A stretch of 62,567 bases of DNA, counting the filler, from Choristocarpus tenellus KU-1152 (taxonomy: Eukaryota > Protista > Phaeophyceae), in the NCBI GenBank assembly GCA_964200185.2. It is 10 parts of 10 records of this genome, joined end to end, with 100 filler letters (N's around TTAATTAATTAA, not from the genome) between each part and the next. Parts side by side here need not be neighbours in the genome. Positions count along the whole stretch, not along the records: positions 53,599 to 57,718 come from CAXNAD020016113.1; positions 57,819 to 62,567 come from CAXNAD020013219.1; 8 more parts are not named here. One strand, written 5' to 3'. Position numbers and translations under genes: made by a program. This document shows positions 53,934-62,567 of the stretch, piece after piece. Position 1 is the first letter of the stretch; the number at the start of each line of letters is the position of its first letter. The notes below the pieces were generated by a model, which saw only the letters and a program-made list of their open reading frames with translations, was not told the DNA's origin and ran no database searches.

Positions 53934-55174
53934 GTCAGTACCACGGGTAAGTGGTACGTTTTCACCCTGTGAGAAGGAGTCACCGCTGTGGTTATGGCGG
54001 CGAAGGAGTACACTCTTGGGGGGAGGGGATTTCCCTCCACACCAAGATCAGCAGGACAGTAGTAGTTGCAGCGTAGATGGTGGCCATGGACAGAGGCCAG
54101 TGGGGTATCTAGAAAAGATTCAACAGTGCAAGCACTGGGACAATGTGGTGGGGAGAGGATGAGCCCTCCAGGGATGAGATATATCGGTTGGTAAAACTCT
54201 CAACGCATCACATTAACAAGAGAGCAGCTGTTGTGCAGTCTCTGGGCTTTCGACTTTCTGTGGTGAATAGTTCATCACGACCGTTCCATAATGCTGTGAA
54301 GAGGGACACGGGTAAATTGACACTTCAGTATTGTGGTGCTGCACGTGCAGAGGTCCGTGTAGAGCATTGCGGGCAACTCTGCCGTAGCATGCAACAGCAT
54401 ACGCAAACCACCCTGAGGCAAAACAGATCTACGCCACAGTTCTCATCAAGGACTGGTTCACTTCCTCCGCCTTGGGAATCTATCAAACACGACAGAACAG
54501 CAGGTACCCACTGAATCGGGAGCAATCTTCCTTGCCCTGATTATGTACTCTGGAGTACGGAGATCAATGGAGTGAAGCTCTACGAAGTACTTGAGGTACG
54601 AAGAACTTGAAGTACAAAGTACGGAGCAGAGGGACGAAGGAATACAACTCGAGCATCGGCTTTCAATCTCAGAAGCTATGCGTTCTCACCCACGGATGGA
54701 AAGAAACAGTGAGTGTTCTCGCACAACACAGGCAGTTAAGATTTCTTTGGCTTTCGAGGCCCACAAACCAAGGGGGATCTGGACGGGTGGACATGTGTGT
54801 GACTGAAGTGAACCATTGCTGTCTACAACGAAAGTGGGGAATATTTGCAACTCCGAGCTGCCAGCTGTACAGCGTGGTATCGCCTCTTCCTGAGTCCTTG
54901 CCTGTTCTTGAACATCAGCTTCCTCCTGTATCATAACTGCACCATCGAACATTGCTTTTGCCTCCATCAGGGAATGCACGGCTACCACTCTTGTCAACTC
55001 TCAAAACAAGCACCATACGGCGAACCAGGGCTCTAGCATCCTCCCCAGGAGAAACCCTCTCTCCCGTCGAAAGGTGTTGAAGTGCAGGGCATGGTTGGTT
55101 GCTGCCAATCATGAGCTCGGCTACAATATACATACACGAGATTCACAACTACAAGCAAGCTAGGATATGGGCAA

Positions 55175-55570
55175 GAGTGAAAGTATATAAAAAGGTGTGT
55201 CCGGCACAAGGATATTGACATCTCCTAACAAACATGATAGCCAAAAGTACATCAAAATTGCAACATTGGATTTTGGCCCCCCAAAAGACAAGGCTCTACC
55301 CTCTAAGATACATTGACTTCATCTTAGAGGGTACGAGTTCTGCTCTGTCCATTTAGGGCGTTGCTTCCCACGGGTTTTTAGGACATTTTACCTACTCCGA
55401 AATGTTTTGGTGTAGATAAAATGTATACATTATGAAAATGAAAAGGTTTGTTCGGAACAAGGATATTGACACCTCTTACCAAACACAATAGCCGAAATTA
55501 CATCAAAATTGCAACGCTGGATTTTGGCCCCCAAATAGACGTGGCTCTACCCTCTAAGATGCTTTCACTC
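55175..55570 (+). mobile_element. Two tandem MITE A copies (internally deleted 55175-55320; 5'-clipped 55321-55570)
   Basis: Family A internal sequence and TIRs; outer flanks CAA/TAA. Confidence 0.85.
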
Positions 55571-56171
55571 TAAGGTATCACCCACTCATAGGCTCAGTTG
55601 ACTGCTTGGGGCCCAAACTTGGGTTAATTGCTTTTACATGCCTCCCCTTAACTGAGCGTCACACGGAAAGAAACCTACTACCGAATGAAATGGGATGAGA
55701 GCTCCAAAGATGCGTTCAACTGCAACCTGTTGCTGTTGTCGCCACACCGTGCACATCTCACAAAGTACGACATGATGACATACCGTGAATTGCGAACGAA
55801 CAATATATGCAAGTCTGCAAATACACTGCACCTAAGACTCCCAAAAATACAGGCGGCATGAACTCTGAGGTAAGTGTCAGACAGGGTCGAGGTTCCGAGG
55901 CCCTCTCCTCAAAGGTTAGGAGCTGGGGCAGGAGTCATCATGTAAATGGTCATTGGTCGACCCGAACACGAGGCAAAACCTTCAAGGGGGAATTGAAATC
56001 GGGGAACCCACCTCTCTCCCTACCCAGGAAGGTCTGGAGCCGACTGATTCGAATCCGTATGTATATACCTTGAACTTTGAAGCTCTGCAAGTCTTTCGTC
56101 TTGACTTCGTCAGGACCTTTCTTGAGCTGTTAGCAAGGTATGAAAGAGTGTGTGTCGGGGGGGTTGGCTCA

Positions 56172-56429
56172 GAGCCAAAGTATCTTAGAAGGTAGAGCCG
56201 TGTCCATTTCGGGTCAAATCCAATGTTGCGATTTTGATGTAATTTTGGCTATCATGTTTGTTAGGAAATGTCAACATCTATTGTTTCGGACACACCTTTT
56301 CATAACATACACTCTTTACTTACTCCTAAACATTTTGGACTAGAAAAATGTCATAAAGGAACCAATGGGAAGCCAAGCCCCAAATGAACAAACAGGGCAA
56401 AACTCGTACCCTCTACGATACTTTCACTC
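56172..56429 (-). mobile_element. MITE family A, full copy
   Basis: TIRs present; TSD TCA/TCA. Confidence 0.9.
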
Positions 56430-56681
56430 TCACAATAAAATGATTCAATTGAAGACATGATTTATTATTGTGTAGGCCATTCATTATTGATCTCCAAATC
56501 TCGTGACCACCATAAAGCAAGGTCTGATGGATGGTACGGGATTTGACCCCAACATTACAAGTATTTTCATGTACCTTTAACTTTGGCATAATTTATTTTT
56601 CTTTTACTCGCATCGCTGTGATAGTGGTTTGGGCTCTTCCCCTCACACATCTACAAAAATGTGAGAAGCAATAGATATATA

Positions 56682-57030
56682 CTACCTCTGTCCCATAAGC
56701 CTGTTCATTTATGCATGCAACTCTTCAGAATGACCTCCGATTTCAAAACGGACACTTGCATTGGATTACTTGACGTTTTTGCATTAGATTAGTGTTCCTC
56801 GCTTTCACTCAATGCCGTCAGTCTACCAATTCAGTGCCTTCTTGTGGGCCTCTTGATCTACCGGAACCGATACAGGCAACGTACCCTCCCACTATCTCTA
56901 CCTGGTCCCCGTGTGCTCTACCTTGAAGTTCTTCCCCCCCAGCCCCTTGAGCTCCTAGTTGTACCTCTTGAAGAGACTCTGCCATACCCTGTCAAGGGTT
57001 TCTGCGTTGTACTCGTTGAAAACTCATTCC
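56682..57030 (-). mobile_element. 3' end of plant-type mariner: Stowaway-like TIR plus transposase C-terminus
   Basis: TA|CTACCTCTGTCCCATAA (cf. CTCCCTCCGTCCC). Minus strand reads FNEYNAETLDRVWQSLFKRYN*ELKGLGGKNFKVEHTG...GTLPVSVPVD, matching the DD39D mariner C-terminus (GxNxYKxxHxGK...GxLP). Confidence 0.75.
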
Positions 57031-57175
57031 GAGGAATAGGTAGGTTAGAGGCAGGGGAAGGCAGTGGTACAACATAACTGTTACTTCCTTAGGGATTTTT
57101 CTGACATGTGACTAGCTTTCATTAGTTTTTCCCCTGGTACATCTGCAAACTGTTAGAGGGCATAATAATAAAAAT
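57031..57175 (+). mobile_element. Family D LINE 3' fragment
   Basis: Ends GAGGGCATAATAATAAAAAT; abuts the mariner relic. Confidence 0.75.
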
Positions 57176-57221
57176 ATATATGCGAATGAACATTGTAGAA
57201 CTACTATTTACTGAATTGATA

Positions 57222-57548
57222 TTTTTATTATTATGCCCTCTCACATTTTGTAGATGTGTCAGGGGGGAAACCAATGAAACCTATACACATGTCAGTATAA
57301 GCCCTAAATAAATATATGTCATAAATGTGAAACACACTAATCTATTTGTTACTTCACCACTATATATGTTGTACTACTACCTCCTTGTGTCTCCAATCTA
57401 TCTATACCTGTACCCCGGGGAGAGGAGCTATGGAGGCATCCCAAGAATCCAATAAACCCCTCCGTACCCATCTCTCTAGTGACTCCAGCTTAAAACGCAT
57501 GACACGTCTAGACAATGCCACTTGTGTAGTTACCGAGACAATTTGGTG
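57222..57548 (-). mobile_element. Family D LINE 3' fragment, inverted
   Basis: Starts TTTTTATTATTATGCCCTC; reverse-complement match to 10499-10834. Confidence 0.8.
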
Positions 57549-57698
57549 CAGCTGGGATTTAACTACTCCTAACAATTTGTATGAACCAAAGCCAAATATA
57601 TATTATTTCTCTTTTAACGTAAGTTGGAAAGAAGAAGACAAAGTGTTTCATGTTCAATATTGGGATTCTTCCCTCCATTGTCGTCCACCCTCACAAAT

Positions 57699-57718
57699 GA
57701 CCCGAAGTATCTGGGGGG
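57699..57718. mobile_element. MITE family B terminus at contig edge
   Basis: GACCCGAAGTATCTGGGGG. Confidence 0.6.
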
Positions 57719-58344
57719 NNNNNNNNNNNNNNNNNNNNNNNNNNNNNNNNNNNNNNNNNNNNTTAATTAATTAANNNNNNNNNNNNNNNNNNNNNNNNNN
57801 NNNNNNNNNNNNNNNNNNCCCCACACACTGTCCTACTACCACCTTCGGCATGGATTCCCATTCGTAGTGGGGCCCTCCAAAAGTGCCACAATATTTACAA
57901 AAAAAAACATATGGGCACTTTCCGCGCACCATTTTGGGTCAAACTCATCATAGTATGCTCCATCCTCAATTTTGGCGATCGGCTGTTTAAGGTAGGTTAG
58001 AGGCATACCAACAGCAGTGTACACATTGCTTTTCAGTTACCAACCTTCAAGGGAGTATTTGTTGTGTTACTAGTTTTCAAATAGTAAATATTTATGGAGA
58101 GCTTTTTTTTGTATGAACACCAGCTACTACTTACTACTTTCACTAATAGTGGAGTTCGGATATAGTTGTGGTTTTCCCTAACACATTGTCCAAGAGGTTA
58201 GAGGGAATAACAATAAGACAAATTCCCTTAAAATAGCATCCGATCGCGCGTAATATTATCGCGCGCAGTGCGTTAATATTGTCCATTATTCAATCTATTG
58301 TTTACCCACATGTTTGAGGGAGACAACATCGTTGTCCTTTCACG

Positions 58345-61300
58345 ATGTTCATATGCCGGCCCCTGGGGTTCGTGGTCCCCTCTGTGGGGCCCATAGCTCG
58401 GGCACCATATCCTCGTTGTATGAGTGCTCACATGACGACTTCTCCTGTTTCTTTGCGTATGACCTCACAAGGCAAGGATGACAGCATCTCAGGTCTGGAA
58501 CTGAACGAGGAGAGACTCTCACTAGCCAGAGAAGCAGCCAAGAAGGACGACTTGGAGTGGTTCATGGAGTTTATAGGTGAAGATGGCGGTAATAGTCCAG
58601 AGCCTTCGGGAGAGGCATCAGCCTCGAAACTTCCTCGATACACATCACGAGAGGAAGGGGCTTGGGCTTCTCAGTACCCCTCCTCGACTAGATCTGGTCG
58701 GGACACCAACTTCCAGCGAGAAATCGGGCAACTTAAGTTGCAGTCTGATGGAAGGAGAGAAGATCGAAGGTCTCGCGACCAAGATCTAGGTGGTGGCGTT
58801 GGTGGTGGTCGAGGAAGGAAACCTACGCGTACCGAAGCAGACTATGCGTACGACTACGACTTTGACGAGGAGTTTATAGAGGAGAGGGGAGAAGGAGGCT
58901 GGGGCTACGATACCGACCTCGTGACGGACGTGGCAGCGCGTAGGAGAGATGTTGAGGCAAGTCGGGTTCGGACTAGTGTGCGCGATGCGGCGAGGTTGAG
59001 GAGACCAATTCAAGACGACATCGAGGACAATGAAGAGGAAGGAAACGGTAGGGAGTACGATGCACTCTGGAATGAGGGCGACGTCGACAATGGAGCGTTC
59101 CGTGACAATGAAAAAATCGGAAGCTCCTCGGTACGAGATGAAGAAAATTGTGAAGCATATACTCGAAGTCTGGAAAAGGTATGGTGCGAGAACAAGGAAT
59201 GGTTGAGTCTTGACATGCTGAATGAGTGCTGAGGGTTAGTGTTGGAAGGATATTCGCGTATAGAGGAGGGAGAAATTGGCAGAGTTTTGATGGATATATC
59301 TGTTGAATTGGGGACCTTGGTAGTTGACAGGAGTTGATCCAGGGACTCGATCGTGTTGACTAAGTGTACGTCAAGCTGATTATTGCGAAGGTGTTTTTTA
59401 TTACATTACTGCACGAGAGATAGTTTAAATTTCAGCAACAAGGACTTGCTTCAGCTGAGGAAAAAAAATATTCTAGCTGCAGTTGTGATGATGTACAATT
59501 AATCGGTTGTGTCGAGTGGAATGCACCAGGGCATCCTTGAAACATACTTTTTTTATCATTGAAGAAGTTAAGGAGGCAGTAAGAGTGTCTGGGTGAGAGC
59601 AACAAGATATAATTATGCAAGGAGATATATCTCTGCCTTATGAAGAAGACTTGTGAAGGTCATAAGGAAACTGTGCTTGAGTTGATTGAAACATTTCATG
59701 CCATCTGAATCCTGGCTTGCTCATTGGGTCTGGTCACCCGGAAGAGTAGTCCACAGGGGACATTTCAATGATGCATATTCCATTGATGGTTTCATCCTTC
59801 TGCCTTTTCTCAGTAAGACTGCTGGCCACGGTAGGTTCATGAAGTGTTTTCCTTCCTCTTCCATCCACTGGAGTGACAAGTGCAGGAAGCAGTTAAGGCC
59901 CCCAATCAACTCCCTCCTTCGATCAAAACCTCCCTGCCTTGTTATTGCCTTGCCTACCCCCCTGACTGCCACCCCCATTTCCCATCTCCAATACTAACCT
60001 GGAATCCACTGGAATAGATGAGGGTGCTGACGGAGGAGCTGGGGTACACCACTGATGAGGCCCAAAATATATGCACTGATATGATCGACCTCTTGGTTGA
60101 GAGAAGGGTCAAACGCCCTACCAAGGGTGTCCCGACTGACTGGGTTGATCCTGCCACCGGTGCTGATGCCACAGCTGATGAAGATGATCTGTACCTGAAA
60201 AAACTTCGAGGCATAGGAAGTAATTCCGAGGGGCGCCAAGCAGGTACCCCCGGTTCTCCCTCGTCAGAGAGCCCAGGTGGTCGCAGTACCCGCCGTGGGC
60301 CCCGAGGCTACTCCTCTACCCCTGGCGAGGAAACCGAGTTTTACTCAGATGAATTTGATGGTTATGGTAGTTCTAATCTTCGCTCGAGGGCTTCACCGTC
60401 TTATTCCTACGGCAACGATTACGGTGCTTATGATGGGAAGAGTGCAAACAGAGACAGGGGTGGGGGATGGGGGTCTGAGTCGAATGGAGACAGGACGAGG
60501 GGTCCCCGAAGAAGAGGGGAGGGAGGCCAGCAGCCGCAGCAGGGCAGTGATAGAAGGCAGCGGAGGAAAAAAAAGATGAATCCTGCAGAGAAGTATGAGC
60601 TGAAGCTACGGGACCTTTATGAGGACGACAGGAGTGACAAGACCTGGACAGGGGTGGGTCCTGATGGCCCCTGGCCAAGGTAAAGCGAGAATGGCACAGA
60701 CATGGGGATGGGGGGGTGTTAGAGGATGTTCGTGATGCATGGGGGGGGGGCGGGTGGATGGACAGGAGGCAAGGTGGGCGGTCGTGTGGGGCGCGTGGTT
60801 ACGGTGCAGGGTTGGGCGTGTGGATGGACAGGTGACAAGGAGAAGGTTTGGTTGGTTGAACGTTGTATCTGTACGTGGGCGAGGAGATTTGGATCCGGAA
60901 AGCGTCCTGTCACGACTTTCTTCCTGTAAGAGATTGCAGTTTTGTTGGATGCTAGGTTGTAGGCAGAGTAGCTGGCTTCCTGGGCGTGTATTTGCATGCG
61001 ATTTTTTTTCTTTGGTATTCAAAGTGGAAAGAGAAACAGAGATTTAGGTGTAGCCATGTGTGTGTGCGTGGGTGTGGGTGTGTGTGTTTGTGTGTGTGTA
61101 TTGTGTTTTTGTAGACATAGGGGTCCTGGGCATATGCTGCCGCCCCACCTCTGGAACAACCACTGTTTCTATGTTGCACCTGCCCCTTGTGATCGCCTTG
61201 TGAAGACGATCGTGATTCCTCCTCCGCCCTCCCCGCCCTCCAACTCTCCGCTTTCCCCCCAACCCTTATGTTCATTCTTTCGCTTGGTTATTCAAATCAC

Positions 61301-62505
61301 GACCTGTGCGCTCAAGCTACGACGAGTTCAAGAGCATGCTAATAGAGGAGACTGAGTGGCGAGTTGGCGTGGTCGGACCCTGGGCGGCAGATATCATCGC
61401 CGCCGAGAACGCCTTCCGGCTGGAGGTGCGTGAGCATTGCGTTACTTCGCGGCCTTTGCCTGTTCAGTGAGCAGCGCGCAGTGTGTTGTTGTAAGTCTGC
61501 TCCTGCATGGCCTCTTAGTTGCAAGTTTCGGACTTCTCTCTCTGCAGCGATATTTTGTGCTTGTGATGAAAACAGCACATTCTAAAATTTCGCGTCTACC
61601 GGCCCCCCTGGCCTTTTACTCAGGAGTTGTACGTATAGGGTGCGTGAGGGGAAGGATACAATTTTTTGCGAACGTCAACCCGCTGATGTTCACGGTGAAA
61701 ACCTAGAGTCCTGCCTCGATCTCAATCACGCGCCTCTTGTTCTCCGTGCCTCCAGCAATCGATCAGTTCTTTTGCGCTTTGATCGGTGAGTGACGTCAAA
61801 TCTTGTTGCCTTTCCTAATCGTGTCTTTTCTTTTAATTTTGTGTTGGCGTTACGAGTCGGAGGAGGGTGATGTCTTGATACAAACAAGATGCTGTAGAAA
61901 GAAAAAGAAATGGTGACGGTGTAATCTTTATCTCCAAGTCCTCTGTCCAACTTCCCGTCCGTCCGTCCGTCCGCCTGCCTGTCTGCCTGTTTGCCTGTCT
62001 GTCTTTTGACAAAACCGACATCTCCTTTCCCTTCCCTGATATCTCTCTCCAATGTCCGACGCCTCTGAAACATGCGGAAATTCTATCCACGGCGCGTGAC
62101 GCACCTTGAAAAGGCGTACTCCAAGTGGCTCGATGTCCTCGAGAAGGGTGTCGGCCGCTCACTCGAGGAGAGCGGAGTATTTGACTTTGGCGACGATAAC
62201 TTCGACAGTGATGGCTATGATGAAGACAGCTACTATGGCGATGATTTCAACAAAGGAAGGGGTGGGGGCAACAGAGTTGGAGGTGAGGATGCTCAGGGAA
62301 GAAGGACGGGCGGTAGAGGGTCTCGGGACCGAGGACAGGACTACGATGGCCGCTACGGTGACCCTCAGAGGCAGGCAGGACAACGGCGAGGGCAGGGTGG
62401 TGGAAGGAGAAGGCAGGAGAGTGGTTTTGACTTTGAGTCGTTCCTAAGTGGTGGTACCAGGAAGCTGCAGGGTCTGTTCGAGGGGCAGGATGAGGAGGCA
62501 GAGAG
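58345..62505 (+). CDS. Multi-exon gene, Arg/Gly/Asp-rich disordered protein with short ordered cores; probably continues past window end
   Basis: In-phase GT-AG exons 58345-59178, 60018-60679, 61317-61425 and 62114-62505. Cores are LGYTTDEAQNICTDMIDLLVERRVKRPTKGVPTDW and WPSYDEFKSMLIEETEWRVGVVGPWAADIIAAENAFRLEAYSKWLDVLEKGVG. The true start is uncertain. Confidence 0.8.
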
Positions 62506-62567
62506 GTGAGGGGCGCACAAAGCAGGGGGAGGGAGGAGGGAGGGGGCTGGGGGGGGTGATAAGGGAG

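Noticed and set aside
1-62567. Fanzor/TnpB or giant-virus genes near the mariner relics
   Set aside because: I saw no RuvC or zinc-finger Fanzor motifs and no viral hallmark motifs; a profile search would be needed to exclude degenerate copies.

Overview
Eukaryotic, intron-rich nuclear DNA, most likely from a photosynthetic stramenopile (brown alga or close relative). This rests on GT-AG introns of 0.3-2 kb, a bipartite plastid-targeting presequence and scattered TTAGGG motifs. The window is a scaffold of about 10 contigs joined by artificial 100-nt N/TTAATTAATTAA spacers, so adjacency across gaps is unreliable. Three spliced host genes can be reconstructed on the + strand. (1) A partial uncharacterised gene at 734-4689. 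(2) A complete 12-exon gene at 40736-51554 encoding an ~1,125-aa predicted plastid protein: a long Pro/Ala/Lys disordered region studded with ~11 F-x-x-(L/M)-F-type motifs, ending in two PAH-like helical repeats. This is the most interesting item, a candidate multivalent scaffold or condensate linker. (3) An Arg/Gly/Asp-rich gene starting at 58345 that probably runs off the window end. Between them lies a transposon graveyard: three MITE families sharing an AAAGTA terminal core, with mostly 3-bp target duplications; Harbinger, Sola2-like and plant-type (DD39D-like) mariner transposase relics; 3' fragments of an RLE-type LINE in tail-to-tail pairs; a copia 5' end with a half-tRNA primer site; and isolated kinase exon fragments. 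All family assignments are by motif recognition only, and no searches were run.
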